A stretch of DNA of 64,000 bases from assembly GCA_965369655.1 (NCBI GenBank), contig CBDUQR010000011.1, positions 1 through 64,000 on the forward strand. Reading direction: 5' to 3'. Positions 20,533 to 31,078 of this stretch are shown here, piece after piece; within the stretch, counting starts at the first letter, position 1, and the number at the start of each line of letters is the position of its first letter. Source of the stretch: an uncultured bacterium. GTDB lineage: Bacteria > Zixibacteria > MSB-5A5 > JAABVY01 > JAHJOQ01. Position numbers and translations under genes: made by a program. The notes below the pieces were generated by a model, which had not been told where the DNA came from, searched no databases, and was given only the letters and a program-made list of their open reading frames with translations.

Positions 20533-21711
20533 TCACATCTTTTTGAGGCTCGTAAGCACTTCTGCAATCATCGCGCGCAAATCATCAGCGGTGAATTTGT
20601 CGAGCATCTTGTCCGCGAGTCTGTGCGCAACTTCCTTGACGAGAAGTCGCTCTGCAAGCGATAACCGCTCCGATTCCTTCATCGGCTTAGTCGTTACCGC
20701 ACTGTCAGGCTCTGACTCTTCCTGGGTATCTGCATCGGGAGCATGACCGGGCAAATATACGCGCGAAGTCCCTGATTCCTTAACCCGGAAAGTCCCTGTC
20801 GTGGTTGTACCTGAATTCGGGAGCCCGGGTACAGCTCTGATTTTGGCGGCCTTCGAATCAGGTTCCGATGAAGATGGCTTGGCTGTGCCATCTTGAGAAG
20901 CGCTCGACGGATCAGAACCCAGATCCTTCTTCATCTCACGAATGAACCAACTGTAGTCGTGGGGATTCCCGACCTCCGGCTCCTCCAGCGGTCCCTCGAG
21001 ACCATACTGATCATCTGAGAGACGAATGACGCCGCTCTCTCCTGCTTCAGGAGCGGCAGGCAATCCCGCTGCGTCGCTGTGATCGATCTCGTCTTTCACC
21101 TCGGTGGATGCATCAGCGATATCCGTCACCTGGTCGGTGGCAGGATCCAGGATGTCTTCAGCGAGGAATATCTCATCGACAGACTCCTCCCCGCTATCAT
21201 CCTTAGGCTCTTCATCGGAGAACACCGACCCGAAATCGATCTCTTCATGTTCTTCATCGGTGAGATCGAGTTCCTGCGCGCTTATCACCGACTCAACGCT
21301 ATCGTTCTCTTCCAACTCAATGCCGCCCGCATCTTCCAAGTCCAGGTCGAGCGCCTCGAAGGCTTTTTCGACCAGATCCTGAGGGCTGAACGGCTTGTTC
21401 AATGTGCTATCGGCCATTGAAGACAGGAGCTGACCCTGATTGACGATCTCCGAAGTCGAGAGCAGGAGAACTGTCTTGATTCGCCGGGTTCGACCCTCGC
21501 TCTTGATCTGCTTCGAGATGCTGTAGCCGTCAATTTCAGGCAGGGATGAGTTGATGAACGCCAGATCGGCGCCCGCAGTCCGAAGCAACTCCAATGCCTC
21601 CACACCATCCGAAGCGGAGATCACTTCGAAGCCCTTCTTTCTCAGAAGGTTCTCTGCGATTTCTCGAACAGTCTCAGACTGATCCGCGATGAGAATCTTT
21701 TTCGACATCAC
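20533..21711 (-). CDS. response regulator-like protein (atypical receiver + acidic linker + helical C-terminus; RomR-like)
   Basis: KKILIADQS receiver; N at the phospho-Asp position (AFINSSLP); KPF retained. Confidence 0.8.
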   Translation of the reverse strand: MMSKKILIADQSETVREIAENLLRKKGFEVISASDGVEALELLRTAGADLAFINSSLPEIDGYSISKQIKSEGRTRRIKTVLLLSTSEIVNQGQLLSSMADSTLNKPFSPQDLVEKAFEALDLDLEDAGGIELEENDSVESVISAQELDLTDEEHEEIDFGSVFSDEEPKDDSGEESVDEIFLAEDILDPATDQVTDIADASTEVKDEIDHSDAAGLPAAPEAGESGVIRLSDDQYGLEGPLEEPEVGNPHDYSWFIREMKKDLGSDPSSASQDGTAKPSSSEPDSKAAKIRAVPGLPNSGTTTTGTFRVKESGTSRVYLPGHAPDADTQEESEPDSAVTTKPMKESERLSLAERLLVKEVAHRLADKMLDKFTADDLRAMIAEVLTSLKKM

Positions 21712-22529
21712 CTTCTCTTCTTCGACAGGTGGGATGATGCGCGTTCCAGAGTCTTCCGCTCTTTTTCCGTAAGGTTATTGATACCAACTTCATTGATCTT
21801 GTCAAGTATTCTATCCACATCATCCATCAGTTTATTCGATTCCACACGATTGTTCTCGACTTTACGACTTTTCTTGCGGAACCTGACACCCCTGATACCG
21901 GATTTCAGAGTCGAGACCGTACCGCCTCCCTTCATGTACAGGAACCCAAAGACAGCCCCGCCGAGATGGGTCCAGTGAGCAACATTGTCGCCTGAGTTCG
22001 CGAATGCAAAGAGCAGGTCCAGTCCGACGATGAACATCATAAGGTACTTGACCCTGACCGGAATGAGGAAATACAGGTAAACGCGTCGATCAGGCCAGAG
22101 AACAGCGAACGCCACCAGTACGCCCAGTACCGCGCCTGACGCGCCTATTACAGGAGTGTTCGAGAACGGCGTCACAATCACTGTGAATATCCCGGCGATG
22201 ATACCTGTCATCAGGTAAAACTTCAGAAACTTCCGCGTCCCCCACAGCCGCTCGATCTCTGATCCGAACATCCAGAGCATCAGCATATTGAACAGGATAT
22301 GCATAAGATTGCCGGGACTGTGAAGGAACATGTAGGTTCCAACCTGATAAACGAGCGGACCGGTCAGCACATCCGAGGGAGTCAGGCCGAACAAATCGAT
22401 CAGATAGCGGGACTGGTCGAACATCTCCAGCACGAAGACCGCGAGATTGGCGATAAGCAGCCACTTGATTCCAGATGGTATTCTGCTACCTAATCCGACC
22501 CTGAACTGATTTGGCGTGTAATGTCTCAT
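21708..22529 (-). CDS. rhomboid family intramembrane serine protease
   Basis: HILFNM, IGASGA, AHWTHLGG; C-terminal DRILDKI helix. Confidence 0.92.
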   Translation of the reverse strand: MRHYTPNQFRVGLGSRIPSGIKWLLIANLAVFVLEMFDQSRYLIDLFGLTPSDVLTGPLVYQVGTYMFLHSPGNLMHILFNMLMLWMFGSEIERLWGTRKFLKFYLMTGIIAGIFTVIVTPFSNTPVIGASGAVLGVLVAFAVLWPDRRVYLYFLIPVRVKYLMMFIVGLDLLFAFANSGDNVAHWTHLGGAVFGFLYMKGGGTVSTLKSGIRGVRFRKKSRKVENNRVESNKLMDDVDRILDKINEVGINNLTEKERKTLERASSHLSKKRR

Positions 22530-22632
22530 CTATACTTGTATCGACAAAGAGAAAAAGTTGTAAACACCTAAAGGGAAATATACGAAAAATCCACGGCAGG
22601 ACAAACCAATTGTGCGCGAGCGCAAGGCGCGG

Positions 22633-22962
22633 CTACAGAATTCCCTGAGCCACGCGCATTATGCAGATACCCTGCAGCCATAGCGTCCCGGCAGCGATTG
22701 GCGGTACAAACTCGCTGCGATGAAAGACATCGACTATGTCTATCTTCTCAGGCATGTCTTTCAGCGTCGGGTACGATTTCTCACCGAGGATTTCGTCCTC
22801 CACCGGATTGACCGGGATGATCCCGAATCCCTTCGTCTGAAGGTATTTCGCCACCTGATATGATGCGCGTTCCGCTTTGCTCGAAAGGCCTACGACCGCT
22901 ATGGTCTTCGATTCCCGCAGCAGTCGCGCAATCTCCTCACGAGATGGATTTGAGAACGCCAT
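22633..22962 (-). CDS. CoA-binding protein, internally shortened (possible pseudogene)
   Basis: IAVVGLS, PVNP, IDIVDVF, LWLQ present; C-terminal segments missing. Confidence 0.7.
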   Translation of the reverse strand: MAFSNPSREEIARLLRESKTIAVVGLSSKAERASYQVAKYLQTKGFGIIPVNPVEDEILGEKSYPTLKDMPEKIDIVDVFHRSEFVPPIAAGTLWLQGICIMRVAQGIL

Positions 22963-22965
22963 CGC

Positions 22966-23286
22966 CTATCCCAGTATTTTGCTTAAACGATCAACGAATA
23001 CTTTCTTCGGCACTGCTCCGACGATCTGATCGACAACCTCGCCGTTCTTGAAGAAAAGCAGCGACGGAATGCTCATGATTCCATACTGGGTTGCAATCCT
23101 GGCGTTCGAGTCAACGTCGACCTTGGCAACCTTCAACTTGCCTGCATACTCTCTTCCGAGTTCTTCAACAATCGGTGATACCATCAAGCACGGTCTGCAC
23201 CACTCCGCCCAGAAATCCACAAGTACTGGGACGTCCGACTTCAGAACTTCAGCGTCAAATGTGTCATCTGTTACTACCGTACCCAT
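22966..23286 (-). CDS. trxA: thioredoxin
   Basis: VLVDFWAEWCRPC, IMSIPSL; SD AGGAGG. Confidence 0.95.
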   Translation of the reverse strand: MGTVVTDDTFDAEVLKSDVPVLVDFWAEWCRPCLMVSPIVEELGREYAGKLKVAKVDVDSNARIATQYGIMSIPSLLFFKNGEVVDQIVGAVPKKVFVDRLSKILG

Positions 23287-23308
23287 AGTTCCTCCTGCAA
23301 GTTATACA

Positions 23309-24943
23309 CTAATTCAACATTCTATCCGCAATTAATCCAACCGGGATGGAACCGAACGAGAGCAGCCTGTCATGGAAAGCTCTCAGGTCGAAATCCCCGC
23401 CGGCTTTTTTCCGATATTCCTCCCTCAATTTCATCAGCTCGATCTTCCCGGTCAGATAGCTCATCGGCTGAGTCGGGCTCTGAGTATATCTTTTCACTTC
23501 CGATATCGCGCTGACCTCCTCGACTCTCACGATATCGACAAGCATCCTCACTGCTTCCTGAAAACCCATGTTCCCCCTGTGAAGTTCCACATCAATCACA
23601 ACTCTGCATGCTCGCCAGAGTTGATGCTTGAGCATGAACAGCCTCGACTTGAGATCGTAGAACCCCTGCTCGTACATCATCTCCTCGCAGTACAACGCCC
23701 ACCCCTCGATGAACACGTCCGATCCGAAAGCCTTTCTCGCCCGTGAATCGATCAGGTTGGAGCGAACGAGTTGTAGGTGATGCCCTGGATATCCCTCATG
23801 GATGGCTATCACAGTTATTGCCGGCTTCGGGTGTCCCATCAACTGCTCGCGCTGCTGCTCAGGCGGAAAATCCGTGTTGATTGGCGTCACCCAGAATGTA
23901 CCGGTCTGGCCACCCTCAAACGCCGCCGGAACCACATATCCCGCGTAAGGAAGCCTGCTTCTACGGGACTCAGGAGTCTCGTCGAATTCCAGCTTCTCCC
24001 CGTCGGGAATCGATACAATCTCTTTCTCTATGATAAATCTGCGTGCGCGTTCAGCCTCCCGCCGGTAATAGTCGACAAGATTCTCAGCCGACGGAGTATC
24101 AGTCTTGAACTCGTCGATGAGTTCCTTCCAGTCTTTGCCCGGTTCGATCTCCTCCGCCGCTTGTCTCAACTCCTCCAGCGTCGACTCGATATATTCGCGC
24201 CCGACCTCAACCAACTCATCAGACGTGTAAGAAAGCATGTAATCATGCTTGAGCAGGTAATCGAACATGTCTTCACCGAGGCAGAACTCGCCATCCGACT
24301 TAGGCAGGATTCTATCACGCAGAAATCGGTTATAGATTTCGAGAGAAGCCGCTGCGGCATCGCATGCGGATCGTATGTCACCGCTGATCGATGGGACCTC
24401 GGCAGCCATCATCGGGATCATTGAAGTGTAGAATCCCATTCCGGCCTGAGTGACCTCCATGCCGAGCCTCGTCCAGATTTCCGGGATTCCCGACGCCTCG
24501 GTCAGATTCGCCATTCCCTCATCAATGAGGCGCGGAATCTGGTGAAGGCGTTTGAGCGCGGATTCCATCCTCTCTTCGAGCGGAGCGAAATCGCGCATCA
24601 GAAGCGAATAGATCGACCACTCGCAGAGATCAGGATACACAGTTGCGTCGCGGTCAGGCTGACGATACTCCCTCTCGAATTTCACTGTCGCATCGAGGTG
24701 ATTCCTGACCAGTCTCAGATCAAGAAGCTCATCGTCATCAAGCTGATCGGATGAAGCCTCCAGCTTTTCGAGGTCGGAGACAAACCCCTCGAACCGAGAG
24801 AGAGTCTCTTTTCGGCTGTCAGGATCGAGTTTTTCGAGATCGCAGTCGTAATCATGGATACCGACCATGGTTGCCCGAGTCGGCCTGGTCGAGTACCAGA
24901 AGTTGAGTATCTCGTCTATTTTGTCACGGAATTGCAGGTTCAT
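23309..24943 (-). CDS. DUF885 family protein
   Basis: HEGYPGHHLQ, EGWALYCE, RACRVVID, FDLRAFHD. Confidence 0.9.
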   Translation of the reverse strand: MNLQFRDKIDEILNFWYSTRPTRATMVGIHDYDCDLEKLDPDSRKETLSRFEGFVSDLEKLEASSDQLDDDELLDLRLVRNHLDATVKFEREYRQPDRDATVYPDLCEWSIYSLLMRDFAPLEERMESALKRLHQIPRLIDEGMANLTEASGIPEIWTRLGMEVTQAGMGFYTSMIPMMAAEVPSISGDIRSACDAAAASLEIYNRFLRDRILPKSDGEFCLGEDMFDYLLKHDYMLSYTSDELVEVGREYIESTLEELRQAAEEIEPGKDWKELIDEFKTDTPSAENLVDYYRREAERARRFIIEKEIVSIPDGEKLEFDETPESRRSRLPYAGYVVPAAFEGGQTGTFWVTPINTDFPPEQQREQLMGHPKPAITVIAIHEGYPGHHLQLVRSNLIDSRARKAFGSDVFIEGWALYCEEMMYEQGFYDLKSRLFMLKHQLWRACRVVIDVELHRGNMGFQEAVRMLVDIVRVEEVSAISEVKRYTQSPTQPMSYLTGKIELMKLREEYRKKAGGDFDLRAFHDRLLSFGSIPVGLIADRMLN

Positions 24944-25063
24944 CGGTACCGTTTTGTAGTTATATCACCTCTGGTGAACGACCGGCCACAAGGATCAGTT
25001 ATCAGTACCCTTAGAATGATACGGCACTATTGACACTCCACTGTATGTCCGGTTAGGAAATCC

Positions 25064-25783
25064 TCACATGAATTTCCTTCTCTTAAATGCTTTGACATCA
25101 TCTACCGTTAAGTCGAACCATTCACCACGTTTTCTTTTCTTCTCGAATCTTTTATGCCAATAAGCTTCTATCCCACTTGGATCATCTGTTTTGATTTTGT
25201 GTACTATGGTTAGTTTTTCGGGTAACTTGATTCCAATTTCGTATTTTCTTTTTTCTACCGTGGTACTTCTTCCCAATTTATAATAGCGTCCGGATTTCAT
25301 CAGATAAACATAACTAACAGTAAAAGAATCCTTTTCACTAACCTCAAGTTCTTGTTTTTTGATTTTGGCTATAGGCTCACAAATTCTAATTACGTCATCA
25401 AAACCATTACGTGTCTTACAATAGTCAATCACCTTTTGAGCCAGGTCTGCTTTCTTGCCCCTACGCAAGAAAACAGTATGGGAAGGGAAATTACTATCAT
25501 TCTTGGCCTTCATACGAATCTCCCCCGAGACAGGGTAGTGACTAAGCTCTCTTATCAATGAAATCAGTTTTTCAAATATGTATTCGTCACTATATGCGCA
25601 TGTTAAGCTGTGTGGCTCGTACCCCGCTTCACTGAGCGCGTCTCCCCACCTGACCCAGTACTTCCCATACCAATCAGAAGGCTTTATTCCAGTTTCTTTC
25701 AGAAATCGACCCCTCCCCAAAGGAATCCCCCCATTTTCTTCAGCAGTACGTTTGATTTCAGAGAGAATATGTTGTTTATCCAT
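25064..25783 (-). CDS. GIY-YIG (T5orf172/MUG113-like) nuclease family protein
   Basis: YVYLMKSGRYYKLG, EAYWHKRF, RGEWF; clearly AT-rich. Confidence 0.82.
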   Translation of the reverse strand: MDKQHILSEIKRTAEENGGIPLGRGRFLKETGIKPSDWYGKYWVRWGDALSEAGYEPHSLTCAYSDEYIFEKLISLIRELSHYPVSGEIRMKAKNDSNFPSHTVFLRRGKKADLAQKVIDYCKTRNGFDDVIRICEPIAKIKKQELEVSEKDSFTVSYVYLMKSGRYYKLGRSTTVEKRKYEIGIKLPEKLTIVHKIKTDDPSGIEAYWHKRFEKKRKRGEWFDLTVDDVKAFKRRKFM

Positions 25784-25815
25784 CCTTATTATTGATTTCC
25801 TGCCGAATTACAGAT

Positions 25816-28800
25816 TTACTCTGCCGCCACAGACTGACGCTCTCGGTTCTCATCGAACTGACGAACCTGCAATAGAAACGCCTCGAGTCGAATCTCCTCA
25901 TTCTTATCCTCAAGCCCCTCATAGGCCAGGTTGAGCCACGGGAGCTTGCCGCAATCATCCTGTATCTTCTTTGATATTGAAGTGACGATCGTCCCGGGCA
26001 TACAGTTGAGTGGAAGAACATTCACGATGCCGGCCGCCCCCCGGTGATAGTAGTCGATCGCCTTGCCGATGGAGAGTATAGCCTCCCCCGAGAATGAGAC
26101 ATCCATATACGGCTGAGCCAGTCTGATCAATTCCTCGACCGGAGCTTCATGAGCCATCGGAACTTCAGGAAGGAGAACTTCGGTGAGCCGCTTCTCCGCC
26201 CGCTTCTGAATCTTGTCTTTGATAAAGCTCCCGAGGAATTGTCTCAGATTGCCTTCGCTCCTGATCCTGAGCTTGTGCGTAAAGTTCGTATAGAATATCC
26301 ACTCCGAGATCGGGGCGAGCCAGATCTCGGCGCCAAGTTCTTCCAGACGCTCGACTAAGAAGTTATTTGAAAACCTGTTCGAGCGCAGGAATATCTCGCC
26401 AACCACCGCGATCACAGGTTTCCTTGCGCTCCCGTTTCTCTTGAGACGTCTGAAGTCGGTTAGAGCCGAGAACAAAACTTTCGATGCGTCCCCGTTTTGC
26501 CTGATCGCCTCGGCAAGAATTCGGAGATAACGCTGATACAGATCGGCGCACTTCGCAGGCTCTGTGACATACGGACTGGTCCGCCTCATCAATTTGTAGA
26601 GAAGATCGGTCGCCACAATCGAGGTCCACGCGATTCGCATGAATTGCGAGGACGAAAACGGTAAGTCCTCATATGCGTTCTCCGAATCCGGAGAGTATAT
26701 CGGCACCTGGTCATATCCGAGTTTGTCGAGCACTGTTCTCTGCAAGAGATGGTACTGACCAAATCTGCACGGTCCGCCTGCCGACGGCATGAAGAACGCA
26801 GAATTGTCGGGATCGAAATCGGGTTCCTTGACCTTCCTGATGAGATCGCCCATCGTAACCTGATACGGGAAACACTCTTTGCCGCTGGTGAATTTCTTGC
26901 CCCAGTTGAGACTGTCATGGTCGGGTTCGGGAAGCGCTTCCGCCGGAGTACCGCATGCCTCCATCGCGGCTGCCATCGCGATGGCGTGATCTGACATATA
27001 CGGAACATATACCTTGCGTCCGTTGCCGTTAATCGGTCGAGACATCGCGGCAATCGGCTTCATCTCTTGCGCCCGATGTGACTTGAGGCTGTCGAGAAAC
27101 GCTTCGAGTCTCGTGACCGCTCCGGCATCCGCAGAATGTTCATCGATCTCAATCTGGAGAAACGGCTTCCCCTCCATCCTTCTGGAGAAAAAGTGCGTGA
27201 TGAAAGAATCGGGACCACACCCGAAATTCGTAATATAGACCGCGTAAAGATTCTTGTGCTGACGCACGATGTCCGCTGCGGCCAGGATACGCTGACCAAA
27301 TCGCCAGTACATGTTGCGATTTTCAATGTCAGGCAAATACTCAGACAAAGGCAGGAAATCCATCGGCATAACCGGGACTCCGAGCTCCCGCAGCTTGCGA
27401 GGTATTTCGAGCGACAGCTTGTTGTCACAGCCATTGTACGGTCTCGATATGATGCAGACAGCCTTTTCATCCGGACCGAGAGAGTCGAGAAATTCCGCTC
27501 CAGCCTCCTGACACTTTCGATGGAACTCCTTCTGCGAATCGAGAGCCTTCGCGACCGCGACAGAATACTCCTCTTCGCTCAGATCGAATTCTCTCTGCAG
27601 TTCCCGGAGGCTCTCCATGAGAAATTCGTTATTCATCCGCAGACTTACAGGGAACGACAGCAGCTTTATTCCCGACAACGACAAGTCGATATTTGCCTTC
27701 ACGTTGTACGGGATCGCCTGAATGTACGGACAGAGGTAGCTGTGTTCGTGAGGTGACCCGTCATCGTGAACATCGATTACGCTCGGCAGAAAGATATAGT
27801 CAACCTGCTTGTTTATCAGATTGATTATGTGACCAAACGTCACCTTGATCGGGAAGCATGTCTCGGACGAGAAGTGCTCCAGACTGTCCTCGAGGATCCT
27901 CTGATTGGTCGGCGGCGACAATGTCGTTCGGAAACCGAGCGATCTGAAAAAGCCGGACCATAATGGATAAAGCTCGTGGAATATCAGTACGCGGGGGAAT
28001 CCGATTGTCACATTCTTTCTCGCCTCGACATCCGGTCTCTTGAAACCAGCATACAGGAACTTCTCTCTCTGCCGGAAGAGATCGACGCCCGGCATTTCCT
28101 TCTTCGTCTGATCGACATCGTACTTCTCACAGCGCGACCCGTAGTACAGCGGTTCCTCGCCTTCGATCACCACCTGCCGAATCTCGCACATGTTAGAACA
28201 ATCATTGCACACAAAACTCTCGACGGTGTACTTCTTCTTTGAGAGGTCGAATCCCTTGAACCTGCTCTGTTCGGTTTCGATCCCGTTTCTGGCAAGGATG
28301 GCTGCACCTATCGCTCCCGTGACATCGTGGTGAGGAGGCACCGTGATGGCTCGGCCGACGGTCTTCTCGAATGCCGCTACCACAGCCTTGTTCCACGCGA
28401 CTCCGCCCTGAAAGAAAATATGCTTGCCAATGCGGCGATCCTGGACAACCTTCGTCAAGTAGTTGCTGACGATCGAATATGCAAGTCCGGCGATCAGATC
28501 ATCCTTTTTGGCTCCGGCTTGCTGATGAGCCACGAGATCCGACTCCATGAAGACCGTGCAGCGCTCACCGCATCCGACCGGACAACTCGCGCCGAGCGCC
28601 CTGTCGCCGAATTCTTCTTCGATCTTGATGTCGAGCTTTTCAGCCTGCTCCTGAAGGAACGAACCTGTCCCGGCAGCGCACGCCTTATTCATCTCGAAAT
28701 CGATCACGACACAGTTATCGATCGAGATGTATTTGGAATCCTGCCCGCCGATTTCGAAGATTGTATCGACGTCGGGATCGATATCAATCGCCGCCGTCGC

Positions 28801-30015
28801 CTGAGCCGTTATTTCGTTTCTGACCACGTCGGCCCCGACGAAATCGCCCGAAAGGTATCGCCCTGATCCGGTCGTACCGCATGCCGCTATCTTAACACGA
28901 CCATTGAGTTCGTCTCCGACTTCTTTCAAGCCGCGCTGAACCGCTTCGAGCGGTCGGCCGGCCGTCATCAGGTAGCTTCTTGAAAGGACATTGTTGTCCT
29001 TGTCGATTACGACAACATTAGTCGAGAGCGAACCGACATCGATACCGAGGTAACCGACATCAATCCCCTCGGGCAATTCCGATTTCATCGATGTGACATC
29101 GTAGTACTTGGAGTCAGGAAATTCGTATGACAGCTTCTCGGCGGATGCCGTCCTTGCGGAGTTTGAACCGCTCCGCGAAAAGTCGGCATGCAGGCTGAAC
29201 AGCGCTGGCTTGTCGCTTTCTGCCGCGTATATAGCTGCGCCATACGCCGGCATCAGATTGTGCATCTCCGGCACGATCAACTCTCCAGGTTCGAGATCGA
29301 GTATATCCTCGAACGCCCGGATCATTCCCTGATTCGCCGCAACACCGCCCTGGAAACTGATCGGCTTGATGAATTTCTTGCCTTTCGCGATTGCTGATTT
29401 GAAATTCCTCGCCACCGCGTAGCATAAACCCGCGACAATATCATAGTCGGGCGTGGCAATCTGCTGCAAATGTATCATGTCCGACTTCGCGAACACGGAG
29501 CACCTGCCAGCGATCCGTGGCGGATGCTCAGACTTCATCGCAAGCTCGCCGAATTCGCCTTCGATCGACAGGTTCAGCCTCGATGCCTGCTGGTCCAGAA
29601 ATGAACCGGTCCCTGCAGCGCAGAGAGAGTTCATCGCGAGGTCTTCGAGCAAGAGTTTGCCGGATGATATATCCCGCCTGGTCAATATCAATTTCGAGTC
29701 CTCTCCGCCCATCTCGATAATCGTCCGCACCTCGGGAAGAAATCGCTGATTGGCGGCAAGGCTCGCGAGAACTTCGTTGACGAAATCACCGCCCAGAATA
29801 TCCTGAGCCAATCTTCCGCCGGTGCCGGTGAAGCAAATCGCACTGAAATCCTCGACCGGGAAGCGGTCGATGATCTCGCCAATGACGCTCTTCAGCACAG
29901 AAACCGGCTGGCCGGTCACGCGAATATAGCGCGAACAAGCTATTGAATACGAATCAGTTAGGACGACAAACTTAAGAGCGACTGAGCCAATGTCAAGCCC
30001 GAGATAGTACTTCAA
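25816..30015 (-). CDS. fused acyl-CoA dehydratase activase (two BadF/BcrAD ATPase domains + DUF2229-like region)
   Basis: GLDIGS, MNSLCAAGTGSFL, GIDVGS, MNKACAAGTGSFL; SD AGGAG before TTG at 30015 (ATG at 30036 is an alternative). Confidence 0.9.
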   Translation of the reverse strand: MKYYLGLDIGSVALKFVVLTDSYSIACSRYIRVTGQPVSVLKSVIGEIIDRFPVEDFSAICFTGTGGRLAQDILGGDFVNEVLASLAANQRFLPEVRTIIEMGGEDSKLILTRRDISSGKLLLEDLAMNSLCAAGTGSFLDQQASRLNLSIEGEFGELAMKSEHPPRIAGRCSVFAKSDMIHLQQIATPDYDIVAGLCYAVARNFKSAIAKGKKFIKPISFQGGVAANQGMIRAFEDILDLEPGELIVPEMHNLMPAYGAAIYAAESDKPALFSLHADFSRSGSNSARTASAEKLSYEFPDSKYYDVTSMKSELPEGIDVGYLGIDVGSLSTNVVVIDKDNNVLSRSYLMTAGRPLEAVQRGLKEVGDELNGRVKIAACGTTGSGRYLSGDFVGADVVRNEITAQATAAIDIDPDVDTIFEIGGQDSKYISIDNCVVIDFEMNKACAAGTGSFLQEQAEKLDIKIEEEFGDRALGASCPVGCGERCTVFMESDLVAHQQAGAKKDDLIAGLAYSIVSNYLTKVVQDRRIGKHIFFQGGVAWNKAVVAAFEKTVGRAITVPPHHDVTGAIGAAILARNGIETEQSRFKGFDLSKKKYTVESFVCNDCSNMCEIRQVVIEGEEPLYYGSRCEKYDVDQTKKEMPGVDLFRQREKFLYAGFKRPDVEARKNVTIGFPRVLIFHELYPLWSGFFRSLGFRTTLSPPTNQRILEDSLEHFSSETCFPIKVTFGHIINLINKQVDYIFLPSVIDVHDDGSPHEHSYLCPYIQAIPYNVKANIDLSLSGIKLLSFPVSLRMNNEFLMESLRELQREFDLSEEEYSVAVAKALDSQKEFHRKCQEAGAEFLDSLGPDEKAVCIISRPYNGCDNKLSLEIPRKLRELGVPVMPMDFLPLSEYLPDIENRNMYWRFGQRILAAADIVRQHKNLYAVYITNFGCGPDSFITHFFSRRMEGKPFLQIEIDEHSADAGAVTRLEAFLDSLKSHRAQEMKPIAAMSRPINGNGRKVYVPYMSDHAIAMAAAMEACGTPAEALPEPDHDSLNWGKKFTSGKECFPYQVTMGDLIRKVKEPDFDPDNSAFFMPSAGGPCRFGQYHLLQRTVLDKLGYDQVPIYSPDSENAYEDLPFSSSQFMRIAWTSIVATDLLYKLMRRTSPYVTEPAKCADLYQRYLRILAEAIRQNGDASKVLFSALTDFRRLKRNGSARKPVIAVVGEIFLRSNRFSNNFLVERLEELGAEIWLAPISEWIFYTNFTHKLRIRSEGNLRQFLGSFIKDKIQKRAEKRLTEVLLPEVPMAHEAPVEELIRLAQPYMDVSFSGEAILSIGKAIDYYHRGAAGIVNVLPLNCMPGTIVTSISKKIQDDCGKLPWLNLAYEGLEDKNEEIRLEAFLLQVRQFDENRERQSVAAE

Positions 30016-30133
30016 AGGAACTCCTTTTCCCGCCATTGAGGCCTAATATACCGTCACACATGTCAAACGCAAAGCAATTCTATCCATGATTATCAGCGTT
30101 CTCACTTATGAACGAAAACGCATATATGCACCT

Positions 30134-30270
30134 GTTCCGTCAGTTCTTGCGTCCGCTGAAGGCGGGCGTGTGAACTGACGGTAAATGGAAGCAATGTTTT
30201 GCAACAGCTTGCTGAAGATCGACAGGTCACACCGACGACTCTGTCGTCGCCAAGACCCGTCGAAACAACC
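30134..30270. repeat. 137-bp two-hairpin element, copy 1
   Basis: Ungapped match to 63536-63672 with compensatory stem changes. Confidence 0.85.
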
Positions 30271-30400
30271 TTTTAGGACAACCTCTCCACATCTGCCGGG
30301 CACGGAATGAAAAAAACGGCACTTACTACTATGCGCGACGGCGTTCATATTACGACTTCTACGTGGAATCGACCAACACTGTTGAAGAGGAAAACCCGGG

Positions 30401-31078
30401 TCACTCATTCCACACATATTCGAAGAGAAGATACGACAATGTTATGACCACGATCGGATAAGCAATTAGTATCCTGAGATACCCCCACATCTCATCGCCG
30501 CCCATGAACGCTACTTCCGTGGCAGCGATTGATGGAAGCAGCACCGGCAGGAGAAGCGGGAATGACAGCACGGCGAAAAGAGCGCCTTTTACAGTCGCCT
30601 TCGAGACCATCGCTGCGATGATCGTGGTTGCTGAGGCCAGCCCGAATGACCCGAGCGCCATGCACAAGATGAAACGCAACGGTGATTGAAGGTCCACATC
30701 CATCAACACGACATAGAGCGGGATCAGGATCAACAGGAGAAATGCGAGCAGTATCATACTAAAGAGAAGCTTGCCGAAGAACACAACACTCGGAGAGGCG
30801 AAAACTCTCAGAGTCTGCGCCGTCTTGGATTCCTCCTCCTTGATGAAGCTCGCAGCGAGTGCCTGCATCGACGAGAACAGAACGATGATCCAGATCAGCG
30901 ATGCGTGCAGCGACGGCGACAGCAGTTCCTGTCCGGCAGTAAGCCCGACCACCACGAGTGTGATAATTGCGAAAAGAATAAGCGCATTAAGCCCGTACCT
31001 CGTGCGCAGTTCACAGCGAATATCCTTCACCACCAGCGCAACGACCGAGCTAACCCAGTGCGACAACCCGCCCTCCAA
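30401..31078 (-). CDS. ccmB: heme exporter protein CcmB
   Basis: KDIRCELR, LFAVLSFPLLLPVL; next to a CcmA-like ATPase. Confidence 0.88.
   Translation of the reverse strand: MEGGLSHWVSSVVALVVKDIRCELRTRYGLNALILFAIITLVVVGLTAGQELLSPSLHASLIWIIVLFSSMQALAASFIKEEESKTAQTLRVFASPSVVFFGKLLFSMILLAFLLLILIPLYVVLMDVDLQSPLRFILCMALGSFGLASATTIIAAMVSKATVKGALFAVLSFPLLLPVLLPSIAATEVAFMGGDEMWGYLRILIAYPIVVITLSYLLFEYVWNE

Noticed and set aside
30015-30072. Leaderless start for the CoA activase at ATG 30036
   Set aside because: A good SD (AGGAG) precedes TTG at 30015, where the domain begins
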